Below, one piece after another: positions 36,874 through 47,534 of a stretch of DNA of 64,000 nt; positions within the stretch are counted from its first letter, which is position 1, and each line of letters begins with the position of its first letter. The stretch comes from an uncultured bacterium. GTDB taxonomy: Bacteria; Patescibacteriota; Minisyncoccia; Phycocordibacterales; PALSA-1337. The notes under the pieces are model-generated. The model was not told where the DNA came from, did not search any database, and saw nothing but the letters and a program-made list of their open reading frames with translations. The stretch is from assembly GCA_903846945.1 (NCBI GenBank), contig CAINCE010000073.1, positions 13,626 through 77,625 on the forward strand. The letters run 5' to 3'. The position numbers and the translations under genes are program-made.

Positions 36874-37626
36874 ATGAATGCAAATATTGCAACACCAGGC
36901 ATGTGCCTGTCAGCGGGTGCGCGGTTCGCGACGAAACTTGGTTCGATCAGTGCTTCACATGATCTTGTGGACGCATTTCTGAAAGAGGGTGACAGTCACT
37001 CCTTCTACCAGGTTATCCTCGAACACTTCACTCCCAAGGCATCGAAGACCCAGTCACTCACACCGTGGGTTGCTGCGGCACTCGCGAATTGGGGAGACTT
37101 CTACCAGAAGTTCTTCGGTATCGACCTTGATGTGACGGCCATCCGTATTCCCGAGAAGGTGGACGGCTTCGACCGCCTGATCGTGGTCGCGAAGGGGATT
37201 CGTCTCAATCAAGTTTGGAATGCTCACGAAGAGCGTGAGATCCGAACCTGGAAGTGGTGGAGTGGCTCACTCGAGAAGGCGATGCAGGAATCTGAACGCG
37301 GTCCCGTGAAAGAGAGTTACGCATTCTGGGTTCGCGATGTTCAAGAAGCTGATGAGGAGAATAAGAATCTCTCTGCTCAGATGATCGCCGACAGCCCGAA
37401 AAAGATCGACACCGAGACTCTGCTCGAGAGGCTCGTACATGGACTCAAGTTCTGGGACGAGATAGAGAAGCAACTCGATGTGAATAACATCACGTTGTGC
37501 GCCTCGTCGCGCTGTGCCGATGGCGATGTGCCGCGGGTCTGTTGGGACGTCGGCGACGTGAACGTCGGCAGGTACGGTCCTTCGCTTCGCGATCCGGACT
37601 TGCGTGCCCGTCAGGCAGTTCGGTAG
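36874..37626 (+). CDS. DGR target protein (C-terminal variable region, probable CLec fold)
   Basis: 3' end contains the VR matching the TR; ends ..DLRARQAVR. Confidence 0.9.
   Translation: MNANIATPGMCLSAGARFATKLGSISASHDLVDAFLKEGDSHSFYQVILEHFTPKASKTQSLTPWVAAALANWGDFYQKFFGIDLDVTAIRIPEKVDGFDRLIVVAKGIRLNQVWNAHEEREIRTWKWWSGSLEKAMQESERGPVKESYAFWVRDVQEADEENKNLSAQMIADSPKKIDTETLLERLVHGLKFWDEIEKQLDVNNITLCASSRCADGDVPRVCWDVGDVNVGRYGPSLRDPDLRARQAVR
37506..37614 (+). repeat. DGR variable repeat (VR)
   Basis: 109 nt; 18 mismatches to the TR, all at TR adenines. Confidence 0.96.
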
Positions 37627-37656
37627 CGGTGTCCTTACACCTTGTTCCTTTTTCAC

Positions 37657-37684
37657 TCGGCACAGAGACTTGTCTCTGTGCCGA
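37657..37684. other. Post-IMH DNA hairpin/cruciform
   Basis: tcggcacagagac-tt-gtctctgtgccga perfect inverted repeat ~30 nt after the target stop. Confidence 0.75.
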
Positions 37685-37866
37685 CTTTTCGTATACAATA
37701 CTTCTGGTTATGAAATTTGTTGTCACATTGATGACGATAACAATTTACCAAACTTAGAAACTGCCTGTCTCCATTTATACTACGATCAAAGTACCCCGAG
37801 TTTGACACAGAGAACTTTGGTGGAAGAGGAAGGTTCTCGGAGATGTGGACGAAAGGAGACAGAATG

Positions 37867-37975
37867 GTCGCGCTATGCCGATGGCAATGTGCCGAAGGTC
37901 AATTGGAACGACGACAACGTGAACGTCAACAGGTACAATCCTTCGAATCGCAATCCGAACTTGCGTGCCCGTCAG
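37867..37975 (+). repeat. DGR template repeat (TR)
   Basis: AAY-rich 109-nt copy of the VR (29 adenines, 10 AAY codons). Confidence 0.96.
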
Positions 37976-38036
37976 AAGTTTCTCGCATTTATAGAGGAGT
38001 CTTTATTTAAGAGACTCCTTTTGCGTATAGATGCCG

Positions 38037-38375
38037 TTACGAGCTTGTCTTTAGGGAGGCTATGTATGAAATCCATTTACTTAACATTCGTGAAATTTCC
38101 ACTATTTCCTTTGAGAGTTGTATGTATTTGTCTTCGCTGATAATTTTTAGTTCGTGTTCAGTGCGAATGAGGTTCTTCAATACTTCCGCCTGAACCCTTG
38201 CTAGTTCCAATGTCTTCAGTTTTTGCTCTCTCCGTGTAAATGCCGCTTCTATTAGCAGGGCTAGCAACTTGACCGCGAGATCCTCATTAAGTTTATGAAT
38301 TCCCAATTTATCTCGTTTGGACAATTCGTGTCCTGTGGTATAAATATCCTTATGCAGAATTCTAACTCTATTCAC
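38037..38375 (-). CDS. avd: Avd-like four-helix-bundle accessory protein
   Basis: LSKRDKLGI..KLKTLELARVQAEVLKNLIR..Y..LSKEIVEISRML..W; located between TR and RT. Confidence 0.8.
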   Translation of the reverse strand: MNRVRILHKDIYTTGHELSKRDKLGIHKLNEDLAVKLLALLIEAAFTRREQKLKTLELARVQAEVLKNLIRTEHELKIISEDKYIQLSKEIVEISRMLSKWISYIASLKTSS

Positions 38376-38385
38376 AATAGTCGGT

Positions 38386-39459
38386 GTGCTGTTGGTATCG
38401 GAAATACTCGCGATATCAGTGGGGCAGACTTTGCGGGGGGGGGGCGCTCATAGTTGTGATTTTTATGATGTAATTTCTATCAAAAATTTACTGATAGCTT
38501 GGAAGGAATTTAGAAAGGGAAAAAGATCGAATGCCAATGTTGCTTCATTTGAACTTTGTTTGGAAGAAAATATATTTAACATGCATAGGATTCTTTCTAC
38601 AGGGACATGGAAACCAGACCCTTATAGAGTATCAGTAATTCAAGATCCGAAACGACGGACCATTCATGCGGCTAGTATACGAGATCGGGTTCTCTATCAA
38701 GCATTATACAGGAAATTGTATCCTGTATTTGATCAGCATTTTATCTACGATGTGTACTCCTCGCGAAATTTCAAGGGGACACACGCTGGTGTGGGAAGAT
38801 TTGCTGTATTTACTAGAAAAGTTTCGCAGAATTATACGAGAGCCGGATATGTATTGAAGTGTGATATACGAAAGTTTTTTGATTCTGTGGATCACCGTAT
38901 ATTGTTCCAACTCATTTCAAAGCGGATTTCGGATAAACGACTTTTGAGGTTGATTTACGATATTATCGATTCATTTCATCACGCTTCGAATAAAGGTTTA
39001 CCTCTTGGAAACGTGACTAGTCAGCTGTTTGCGAATATCTATATGAATGAATTTGATCAATTTGTTAAACACAGACTTAAGGCGAAATATTACATTCGCT
39101 ATTGCGATGACTTTATCATTGCGGAGGTGTCGCTAGAGATACTATTGAAGTATATAGAAACAATACGAGCAGTCCTCCATGAAGAATTGCTATTGGATCT
39201 ACATCCGAAAAAAGTTGAAATACGAAAGATACATAGCGGTATAGATTTTCTCGGCTACGTTTCTCTTCCACATTATGCAGTTATTCGAACTAGTACGAAG
39301 AATAGAATGCTTCGAAAGCTTCATGAAGCAAAAAAACAACGTGATTCGGGGGTCATTTCTAAAGCAAAATTTGATAGCATAGTTGCTTCATATTCTGGAA
39401 TGTTGAAGCATTGTAAGGGCAAGAAGATACTTGATCAGATCAAGGATATTATTAAGTAA
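38386..39459 (+). CDS. DGR reverse transcriptase (start uncertain, see G-tract finding)
   Basis: DPKRRTI, RDRVLYQA, KCDIRKFFDS, GLPLGNVTSQLFAN, YIRYCDDF, GIDFLGY. Confidence 0.95.
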   Translation: MLLVSEILAISVGQTLRGGGAHSCDFYDVISIKNLLIAWKEFRKGKRSNANVASFELCLEENIFNMHRILSTGTWKPDPYRVSVIQDPKRRTIHAASIRDRVLYQALYRKLYPVFDQHFIYDVYSSRNFKGTHAGVGRFAVFTRKVSQNYTRAGYVLKCDIRKFFDSVDHRILFQLISKRISDKRLLRLIYDIIDSFHHASNKGLPLGNVTSQLFANIYMNEFDQFVKHRLKAKYYIRYCDDFIIAEVSLEILLKYIETIRAVLHEELLLDLHPKKVEIRKIHSGIDFLGYVSLPHYAVIRTSTKNRMLRKLHEAKKQRDSGVISKAKFDSIVASYSGMLKHCKGKKILDQIKDIIK

Positions 39460-39474
39460 AAAAGGTGAGGTTTT

Positions 39475-40563
39475 CTATTTTTCCCCCTTCTCCAACCACT
39501 GAAATACTTTTTCATTCATGATGACAGTAGCTGCATAGACAGTTGCTCTCTCACGGTCTGCGTCCTTGTAATGCTCGATGATGTGTGCGACCTCTGTTTC
39601 TATCTCTTCTTTTGTTGGTACGATGTTTTCTTTCTTGGATATCTCATTTAGAACGAGCTGCAACTTTGCCTTCTTCTCTGCATGAGGACGCCACTCCCTG
39701 CGAATGTCTTCGAGAGACTTCTTTGCATGTTTCAGATAGTCTTCCATCGTTACTCCCATCTGTTCGATGTCATGTCCGAACTGAGATTGGGTGCGATCTA
39801 ATTCTGCCTCCACCAAGATATCAGGCAGCTCGACTTTTGTTTTTTCGGCAATAGCATCAGCGATACGGATGCGCATCTTTTCTCTGGCTTCATCTTTCTT
39901 GTTCTCACCGATCATCTCACGAACTTTCACTTTGAAATCTTCGATGTTGGTAAAGTCACCAAGTCCACGGACGAACTCATCGTTGAATTCTGGGAGAGAG
40001 TCCATGATGGCTTTCTCATGCTCTTCTGGAGACAATTTTTCATGATCATGTCCTTCGTGTGATGCGTGCGACTTCCTAAGTTTTAGAATTGAATCATCAA
40101 CATCTTTATCGGTCACTTCGATCTTTGCATTTTTCGATTTCTCTACTTCTGCTGTGGCGGTCTTTTTGTAATCTGGCAATGTCATCTCGGGGACTATCGC
40201 AGTTGTGATTTTGAATTCGAGAGGGTTACCTTTTGCAATCTTGGTGATAGCAACTTTCGGTTTACCGACCGCATCTATCTTTTCATTTTGTAAAATATCG
40301 AGATATGCCTGTGAGATGGCGAGCTCTGCCATTTCTTCATTCACTGCTCCATCGCCAACTTTGGCAACGAGGACATTCTCTGGAATCATACCTTTACGGA
40401 AGCCGTCGACGGTTACATATTCATTGATATTTTTAAGCGCTTGGGCACGAAATTTCTCCCAGACCTCGACAGGTATGGAAACGGTTATCTCAACTTCTGA
40501 ACGATCGAGCTTTTTAATAGAGGCGGAGTCATAGGACTTCGCAGTATTCGATGTATTTATCAT
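39475..40563 (-). CDS. tig: Trigger factor (short form)
   Basis: VDGFRKGMIP signature; C-terminal SurA-like domain; PPIase domain apparently absent. Confidence 0.88.
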   Translation of the reverse strand: MINTSNTAKSYDSASIKKLDRSEVEITVSIPVEVWEKFRAQALKNINEYVTVDGFRKGMIPENVLVAKVGDGAVNEEMAELAISQAYLDILQNEKIDAVGKPKVAITKIAKGNPLEFKITTAIVPEMTLPDYKKTATAEVEKSKNAKIEVTDKDVDDSILKLRKSHASHEGHDHEKLSPEEHEKAIMDSLPEFNDEFVRGLGDFTNIEDFKVKVREMIGENKKDEAREKMRIRIADAIAEKTKVELPDILVEAELDRTQSQFGHDIEQMGVTMEDYLKHAKKSLEDIRREWRPHAEKKAKLQLVLNEISKKENIVPTKEEIETEVAHIIEHYKDADRERATVYAATVIMNEKVFQWLEKGEK

Positions 40564-40629
40564 AAATGGGAGTTTACACGAATAATAAGTTGGGGGCAAG
40601 TATTGGCAGTATTGGCAGGATTTCTGACT

Positions 40630-41004
40630 CTAGAAATTTTGACTATCTATACCAGTTGTAGAGTTGTTGAGATCATTTTGTAATGATTGGATATCGTCGG
40701 TACTGTTAGTTATCGGCTGAACAGATGTTGTCGCTCGGTTAACATCTGCCTGTTGTGTCGCTACTGGAGAATTATCTGCAGGAGGTATGATCTGCTTGTT
40801 CGAATTTGCACCGATAAAATATAGAATGGCAGCAATGACGATGATGACTACTACAAAGATGGCGATGATCGGGCCAACCTTCTTTGAACTCGTGTTTGAC
40901 CTTGTAGGTGTTGTGACGGGAGGAGTCGGAGATGAAGGGCTGACTCGTGGTGTTTCGACGAGTATAGGGAGGTCTTTTATATCTGTGTTGTTTTGTTGGT
41001 CCAT
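40630..41004 (-). CDS. Hypothetical single-TM protein
   Basis: VGPIIAIFVVVIIVIAAILYF. Confidence 0.7.
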   Translation of the reverse strand: MDQQNNTDIKDLPILVETPRVSPSSPTPPVTTPTRSNTSSKKVGPIIAIFVVVIIVIAAILYFIGANSNKQIIPPADNSPVATQQADVNRATTSVQPITNSTDDIQSLQNDLNNSTTGIDSQNF

Positions 41005-41046
41005 GGAATTATTATAAATTATTTATAAATAGATAGTGAGAGAGAA

Positions 41047-41970
41047 TTATGGTGTAGTCGTGGCGGTGGTAGTAGCAGGAGGTGTAGAAGTTGTTGGGCG
41101 ACCTTCTCCTTTGTTTTCCCCTAGGCGCAGACCCATAGCTCTGGCGATAGCGACAACGACATCGTTCAGTGCCTTCTGGGCGTCTCTCAACGCTCTCTGT
41201 GCTCCGTTAGCGACCAATCGAGGCTTATCTAGGTCGATGGTTGTAGAAGCTGTAGAAGAACCTATATTAGCGGTACTCGTGGCAGATAAGTTCCTAATCG
41301 AGTTTATAGCATTCTGTGCTGCAGTGATCTTGGTATCCGCTATAGCTAGCAAGCGTCTAGCTTCTGTCATATCTCGTGTCGTTGATGCTGTAGTTGTACC
41401 CGTAGTTGCACCGATCTTATCAATACGAGACTGGATACGATCACGAACATTATGGAGATTGTTCACTGCTTTCTGGAGTTCTTTGACTATATTGTTCTTA
41501 CGAGCTTCGAAGAAGTGTATTAGCATCATTTTACCCCCATTCATATATCCACGATCATCTGATGCTTCGCCGCGACCATTTTTCTCGTCATTGCCCCTCA
41601 ATGGCGGAGTTGAAGTCGCCCGTGTAGTTGATGCGTTTCTGTCTCCTATACGAGGTGGTGTTGTAGAACCGTTCCATGGTCGCATGAGGCCTCCGACTAA
41701 TGGTCTAGTTGAACTTCCATTGATCATTCTAGTGGTACTAGCTCGGTCTTCCAATCTAGTATTCCTCAAATCTTGGTTGATTTTGGCGTTATCTAGCTTA
41801 TTTTGAATATCGTTTCTCAATTCTTGCCTCATAGTTGCTGGGGCAGGACGAGGGGGTACTCCTCGAGGTGTACCAGTGGCCGTACCATCGATCTGTGCTT
41901 TTAAAATGGTCGGCATAATGATAACCGCAACGAAAGCGATCAGTGCAAGTGAAATGTATGTTTTTTTCAT
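41047..41970 (-). CDS. Hypothetical secreted coiled-coil protein
   Basis: Signal-peptide-like MKKTYISLALIAF; ASTT repeats. Confidence 0.7.
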   Translation of the reverse strand: MKKTYISLALIAFVAVIIMPTILKAQIDGTATGTPRGVPPRPAPATMRQELRNDIQNKLDNAKINQDLRNTRLEDRASTTRMINGSSTRPLVGGLMRPWNGSTTPPRIGDRNASTTRATSTPPLRGNDEKNGRGEASDDRGYMNGGKMMLIHFFEARKNNIVKELQKAVNNLHNVRDRIQSRIDKIGATTGTTTASTTRDMTEARRLLAIADTKITAAQNAINSIRNLSATSTANIGSSTASTTIDLDKPRLVANGAQRALRDAQKALNDVVVAIARAMGLRLGENKGEGRPTTSTPPATTTATTTP

Positions 41971-42111
41971 GGTTATTTTGATTATTGGTGAATTATTAGC
42001 CACATTATCGTGGTCATAATAAGTATATCATAGGAGTAATATTTGGGGTAACGAGAGTTCCCCGAGTTCAACAATCAATTGTTAGCGACAAGGTCTACCC
42101 TTGTCGGATAA

Positions 42112-44133
42112 TTAGACCAGGAATGCAACGATGAGCAATGCCACGATGTTCAAGATCTTGATCATTGGGTTTATCGCTGGACCTGCTGTGTCTTTGTAAG
42201 GATCACCAACCGTGTCTCCAGTGACAGCTGCTTTGTGAGCATCTCCACCCTTGCCACCATGTGCACCACCTTCGATATGCTTCTTCGCATTGTCCCAGGC
42301 ACCACCACCAGAAGTCATAGATATAGCCACAAATAGGCCAGTGACGATAGATCCTACGAGCAAACCCCCTAGAGCTACAGGACCCAAGACGAATCCGACG
42401 AAGATAGGAGCGACGATCGGGATGAGAGCAGGAACGATCATCTCCTTGATAGCGGCAGAAGTGACGATATCGACACATCGTGCATAGTCAGGTTTGGCAG
42501 TTCCTTGCATGATGCCTTTGATCTCGCGGAACTGGCGGCGAACTTCCTCAACGACTTTACCAGCTGCTTTTCCAACAGCTTCCATGGATAGGGCGGCAAA
42601 GTAGTAAGGTAGTAGACCTCCGATGAATAGACCGACGATAACGAGTGGGTCACTTAGGTCAAATAATACTTTCGGTGCCATTTTACACATTGCTCCGATC
42701 GGACATGCTGGGTTTATAACCTCTGTATACGAAGCGAACAATACTAGAGCGGCTAGACCTGCTGAACCGATAGCGTAACCTTTCGTAACAGCTTTGGTGG
42801 TATTACCGACAGCATCTAGCGGATCTGTAACATCGCGAACTTCCTTTGGAAGGTTGGACATCTCTGCGATACCGCCAGCATTGTCAGTGATAGGTCCGTA
42901 TGCGTCGATAGCGACGATGATACCTGCCATAGAGAGCATGGACATTGCAGCCACTGCTATACCGTATAGACCTGCGAAGTAGTAAGCGGCGAGGATACCT
43001 AGAACTATCGTTATGAGAGGCCATGCTGTGGATTTCATCGAGATAGCTAGACCTTGGATGATGTTAGTACCATGACCAGAGACGGAAGCTTTGGCTATGG
43101 ACTGGACGGGTGCGTACTTGGTCGAAGTGTAGTACTCAGTGATGACGACCAAGAGTGCTGTAACTATGAGACCGACTAGTGTACAACCAAATAGATTTGC
43201 AACACTGTAGAGGCCATTTAGTTTCATTAGTACATTTGTAACAGGGTAGAAGACGATAGCAGAGAGGACGGCCGCGACGATGAGACCTTTGTACATGGCA
43301 CCCATGATATTCTGTGACTTTCCTAGTTTTACGAACCATGTACCGATGATCGAGGCGATGATGGCGATACCACCTAGAGCTAGTGGATATACGAGCGCAC
43401 CACTAAATCCATTGAATATAGTGTTTCCGAGCATCATGGCGGCGATAGTGGTAACAGCATATGTTTCGAATAAGTCAGCTGCCATGCCTGCGCAGTCTCC
43501 CACATTATCTCCGACATTGTCAGCGATAACTCCTGGATTTCTAGGATCATCTTCTGGGATGCCGGCTTCAACCTTTCCTACTAGATCCGTTCCTACATCA
43601 GCGGCTTTGGTAAATATACCTCCACCTAGTCTAGCGAATACTGATATGAGAGACGCACCGAATGCTAGACCGATGAGTGAACTGATATCCTTGGTTATGG
43701 CGTAAAATCCTGTAACTCCGAGCAGAGCTAAACCTACTACGAGAAATCCCGTCACGGAACCGCCTTTGAATGCTAAGTCGAGTGCTGGAGCTAGTCCGTG
43801 TCGAGCTGCCTCTGCTGTACGGACATTGGTTCTAACAGATACATTCATACCGATATATCCAGCTAGGGCAGATAGGACAGCACCGACGATGAATCCTAGT
43901 GCGATAGTGATACCTAGTGCTAGCCATAGGACGATGAATAGGACCACGGCGATCATGGCGATAGTGCGGTATTGGCGGTTTAGATATGCCTTGGCACCTG
44001 CCTGGATAGCAGCGGCGATCTCCTTCATTTTGTCATTTCCCGCGGATTTCTTTAGGATAGAATTGATAAGGTATGCTCCATATAGTAGAGCGATGATAGA
44101 AGCTACGAGAGCGAAGATGATTGAGTTTGACAT
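42112..44133 (-). CDS. hppA: Membrane pyrophosphatase, K+-independent type
   Basis: [27 protein letters not shown] (Lys determinant), [10 protein letters not shown]. Confidence 0.95.
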   Translation of the reverse strand: MSNSIIFALVASIIALLYGAYLINSILKKSAGNDKMKEIAAAIQAGAKAYLNRQYRTIAMIAVVLFIVLWLALGITIALGFIVGAVLSALAGYIGMNVSVRTNVRTAEAARHGLAPALDLAFKGGSVTGFLVVGLALLGVTGFYAITKDISSLIGLAFGASLISVFARLGGGIFTKAADVGTDLVGKVEAGIPEDDPRNPGVIADNVGDNVGDCAGMAADLFETYAVTTIAAMMLGNTIFNGFSGALVYPLALGGIAIIASIIGTWFVKLGKSQNIMGAMYKGLIVAAVLSAIVFYPVTNVLMKLNGLYSVANLFGCTLVGLIVTALLVVITEYYTSTKYAPVQSIAKASVSGHGTNIIQGLAISMKSTAWPLITIVLGILAAYYFAGLYGIAVAAMSMLSMAGIIVAIDAYGPITDNAGGIAEMSNLPKEVRDVTDPLDAVGNTTKAVTKGYAIGSAGLAALVLFASYTEVINPACPIGAMCKMAPKVLFDLSDPLVIVGLFIGGLLPYYFAALSMEAVGKAAGKVVEEVRRQFREIKGIMQGTAKPDYARCVDIVTSAAIKEMIVPALIPIVAPIFVGFVLGPVALGGLLVGSIVTGLFVAISMTSGGGAWDNAKKHIEGGAHGGKGGDAHKAAVTGDTVGDPYKDTAGPAINPMIKILNIVALLIVAFLV

Positions 44134-44414
44134 TTTATTGAGTCAAAAGTCTTTAAAGTATTTAAAGTCTATAAAGTTATATTGGTGCACTTTATGGACT
44201 TTATGGACTTTCGACTTTATGGACTGGTTTGATATTTGATAATTAATAATGATAACTATACAATAGTGCCGATTCTAGCAGGTTTTCGTGCATTTGGGAG
44301 GGTTGACAGAATATATATATACTTATGTAAGATTTTGTTGAATCGAAAGGAGATGATTCCTACTTTAGTATCATTCAAGATAAAGTTGTATCTGTCATAA
44401 CTATTGACCATTAA

Positions 44415-44522
44415 AGCAAAACCGCACAAACCTTTGCGATCATCCCTTGGATGGTCCCGTTGTGCGGAATTACTTGATTTCTAATCTATTCTGAGTAATT
44501 ATTTCTAGTTAAGTAGACTGTG
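44415..44522. repeat. Composite repeat A+B
   Basis: A 44415-44476 matches 46548-46609; B 44474-44522 matches 46896-46944. Confidence 0.85.
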
Positions 44523-44566
44523 ACGTTCCATGCACGTTCGATGGTAGCCGAAGTACCGTCGAGCAC

Positions 44567-45577
44567 TTAATGCCCCTTGACGTGTTTGCTGATGGACTCC
44601 GCATCTAAACTATAAGCTCTAACAAAGGAATCGTCCACATGAGCATACAGAATACCCTTACCTCTATCGACTTCTACGAATTGACTAGCAAAAGTGATCG
44701 TCTTTGCCTCACTATCTCTGATGAGTGGTTCTGGTGATACCCAATCAATGACCCCATTTTCATAGTCATAGATAAATAGGCCTATTGAAAATATTCCGTA
44801 TTTTATCGTATCACCAACTCTCATGTTAGCTTCACGCCCGTTCATCACACCTAGTAATTTTCCTTCTCCTACATCGATGAAATCTCTAGAAAATAGTGGT
44901 CCAGGGGAAGCGTGCCCACCGATCCAAGGAATCTCGTGTTCAGCAGGGTGAAATACTATCTCTCCAAATTTCCAGTTTTTCCCCATATCGTCAGCCACCG
45001 CGAGTCTCACGACAGAATATGTAAAGTCACTTTCTGTTTTGCCTGATTCGACGAGGTTGTATCTAAACCCTTGTTTGTTTATAGGTGATATAGATAACTC
45101 TTTTGCACCACCTTGTTTGTCAGCCATGAGTACAGGCATCGTCATCTCAAGTGAGTCTAGGTCTCTGCCAACTGCATGACCTAGGTGAATCTTGGTATTG
45201 TGTTCGAGTTTATCTATGAGGGGAAGGGTAAAATATAAATGCATCAAATCGGTCTTTTCATCAATCCAGATATCAGGATCTTCAAGACCGATGAAATCCA
45301 ACCCGTCTTCGATGAGTTTACTTATGATTTCTTTCTCATTTTTTATATTTAAACGCTCACCTATTTGAAAAGATTCGAGTGAATTGCCTATTATCTTATG
45401 TAACTCACTTCGGTCGATGTATCCATGGACTTGGACATCACCTTCACGACTCGTTATGCACCTCGCGACCCCTTCTCTGTAATTTACTCGTGGGTCGAGT
45501 GAGATTGCCATCATATGTGTGAATCGTGGATTGGTATCTATCACTCTACCTGTATGCTGAATGTATCGGTTGTTCAT
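44567..45577 (-). CDS. Putative beta-propeller glycoside hydrolase-like protein
   Basis: GLEDPDIW..LYFT..HLGHAV pattern; family not certain. Confidence 0.5.
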   Translation of the reverse strand: MNNRYIQHTGRVIDTNPRFTHMMAISLDPRVNYREGVARCITSREGDVQVHGYIDRSELHKIIGNSLESFQIGERLNIKNEKEIISKLIEDGLDFIGLEDPDIWIDEKTDLMHLYFTLPLIDKLEHNTKIHLGHAVGRDLDSLEMTMPVLMADKQGGAKELSISPINKQGFRYNLVESGKTESDFTYSVVRLAVADDMGKNWKFGEIVFHPAEHEIPWIGGHASPGPLFSRDFIDVGEGKLLGVMNGREANMRVGDTIKYGIFSIGLFIYDYENGVIDWVSPEPLIRDSEAKTITFASQFVEVDRGKGILYAHVDDSFVRAYSLDAESISKHVKGH

Positions 45578-45650
45578 GGGTTGATTTTATAACAATCCAC
45601 GAGTGAGAGCAAACTTTCTCCAAAAAATTGGCGCTATACCCGAAAGGTAT

Positions 45651-46490
45651 TTATTTTTCAAATACCATCAGATGATGTCTATCTTGGATAGTAGGCTGAT
45701 CGAATCCTAGGTCTTTAGAATGTGTGCATTTCCAACCATATTTCTCAAACCTTTTTATCCAAGTGAATGGCGTCTCGTATGAGCCTGGAACTGGAATGTT
45801 GGCGTAGTTAAAAAATCTATTCCATAAAGAATCATTCAATATCATCCTTCCCCAATCCTGTTTCGCATTTTCATCATTATCTGCTTCTGGTACGGTTTCT
45901 ATGATGACAAGTTTTTTGGCTGTAATACGATCGAGTTCGGCAAGGATCTTTTCGTTATCAAATTCATGATGAATTACATTTGTAAGCACAGCACAAGAAT
46001 AATATTTATCTGCTACCGGTACAGAATACCCATCAAAGACTTTTACGGGTACAGTTATATTACTGGCGCGAAAATCCCTCACATCAACCCCTTCAATGTC
46101 TAGACCTAGTGAATCATGGAGTATCTGCGTGAATGTCCCACTTCCACAACCATAGTCAATGACTTTACCTTTGACTCCATCAAGAAATCTCTCCAATTGG
46201 CTGAACATGATCTGGAAACGCCCGGCGAGCCCATCTCGGATCATTTCAAAGACCGTCTTCCCGTTCACCTTTTCGGTTTCAAAAAACTTCTTAACTTTTG
46301 ATTCTGCATCCTCTATTGTTGAGGCGTTTTTTATGGAAGAAAGAACAAGCTCGGCAAATCTATTGGCTTGCTTTTGATCCGCGCCAAGTCTTTCAAAGGT
46401 CTTTGAATAATCGAGGAATACTTTTTCGTATGTATTCGGATCATCGGTCCATGTCTGTAAATTAGTAAGTAATTTTTTGTTGGATTCCAT
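45651..46490 (-). CDS. Class I SAM-dependent methyltransferase
   Basis: VIDYGCGSG, EGVD, VIHH..LAELDR. Confidence 0.8.
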   Translation of the reverse strand: MESNKKLLTNLQTWTDDPNTYEKVFLDYSKTFERLGADQKQANRFAELVLSSIKNASTIEDAESKVKKFFETEKVNGKTVFEMIRDGLAGRFQIMFSQLERFLDGVKGKVIDYGCGSGTFTQILHDSLGLDIEGVDVRDFRASNITVPVKVFDGYSVPVADKYYSCAVLTNVIHHEFDNEKILAELDRITAKKLVIIETVPEADNDENAKQDWGRMILNDSLWNRFFNYANIPVPGSYETPFTWIKRFEKYGWKCTHSKDLGFDQPTIQDRHHLMVFEK

Positions 46491-46684
46491 TTTGATTAAT
46501 AAGTTTATAAGAATAGAAAAGTATGATTTGATCGCTTGGCTACACATAGCAAAACCTCACAAACCTTTGCGATCATCCCTTGGATGGTCCCGTTGTGCGG
46601 AATTACTTGCTTACACAATATATTACACGAAAAATTCAATAAATCAATCTAGACATAGCTAACCATAGTATGTAGAATGAGACA

Positions 46685-46906
46685 ATGGCAAATCTAAGCA
46701 AACAATACCAAATATTTATCGGCAGAAAGATCCGTGTTGAGAGGGAAAAGATGGGGGTGTCGCAGGAAGGGTTAGGGAAACTAGCAAAAGTTCATCGAAC
46801 TTATGTTGGTATGGTTGAACGCGGTGAAAAGAATATAACTATACATAACCTGATCAAATTTGCCGATGCTCTCGGTGTGAAAGTGAGAGATTTGGTTGAT
46901 TTCTAA
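46685..46906 (+). CDS. XRE-family HTH regulator
   Basis: SQEGLG..VHRTYVGMVERGEKNIT. Confidence 0.9.
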   Translation: MANLSKQYQIFIGRKIRVEREKMGVSQEGLGKLAKVHRTYVGMVERGEKNITIHNLIKFADALGVKVRDLVDF

Positions 46907-47255
46907 TCTATTCTGAGTAATTATTTCTAGTTAAGTAGACTGTGGATAACTAAATTGCTTGACATATCTTTTTACTTTGCTATGCTACTCATAGATAGCG
47001 CTAATCAAGATTAGCATGTCGAGAGTACAAAGATGAAATCAAAAACGAATATTTGGGTCATTGTTGGTGTGAGCAAATTTACCTTGCGTTCTGGTATTGA
47101 TTCCATGAGTACCCCGATCAAGGGTGATGAAATCGACGATCATGACGACAGGGTTCCGAACTGACCGTTAGTAACCAATGGTCAGTAGAGATATTTCCGC
47201 CTTAATTCAAAGGCGGCATAGCAAAGCAACAATATAGACCAAGATTAGAAATCTT

Positions 47256-47468
47256 ATGAAAAAAGCGTTTACCTTTCAGTTGAAAGACGACGACTTCAAA
47301 GTTTCTGGTTGGTGTGGAAATCGTCCAAAATGTGTCCAAGTCGCAGTAAAACCTCAAGGGGTTGCACTGCGGGACAGCAAAGACCCGTCGAAGACGACCC
47401 TCTTCTTCACCAATGGTGAGTGGAATGCCTTCACGAAAGGCGTCATCTCAGGAGACTTTCGACAGTAG
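47256..47468 (+). CDS. DUF397 domain protein
   Basis: S.WC....CVQVA....VALRDSKDP...L.FT..EW.AF..GV..G.F. Confidence 0.8.
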   Translation: MKKAFTFQLKDDDFKVSGWCGNRPKCVQVAVKPQGVALRDSKDPSKTTLFFTNGEWNAFTKGVISGDFRQ

Positions 47469-47534
47469 TCATTACATACTGACCGTGTTAGTTTCAAGAG
47501 GGGCACGACAAATGCCCCTCCCTTATTTAATTAC

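Larger units (their letters stand above)
36874..39459 (+). mobile_element. Diversity-generating retroelement
   Basis: Target/VR, downstream hairpin, TR, avd and RT are all present. Confidence 0.96.

Noticed and set aside
37604-38140. 178-aa ORF spanning the TR
   Set aside because: Open because the TR mirrors the VR reading frame; the TR acts as RNA, and the ORF overlaps the hairpin and avd
44415-44476. c-di-GMP-I or SAM/SAH riboswitch
   Set aside because: Only isolated words (GCAAA, CACAACGG) match; the required second stem or pseudoknot is absent
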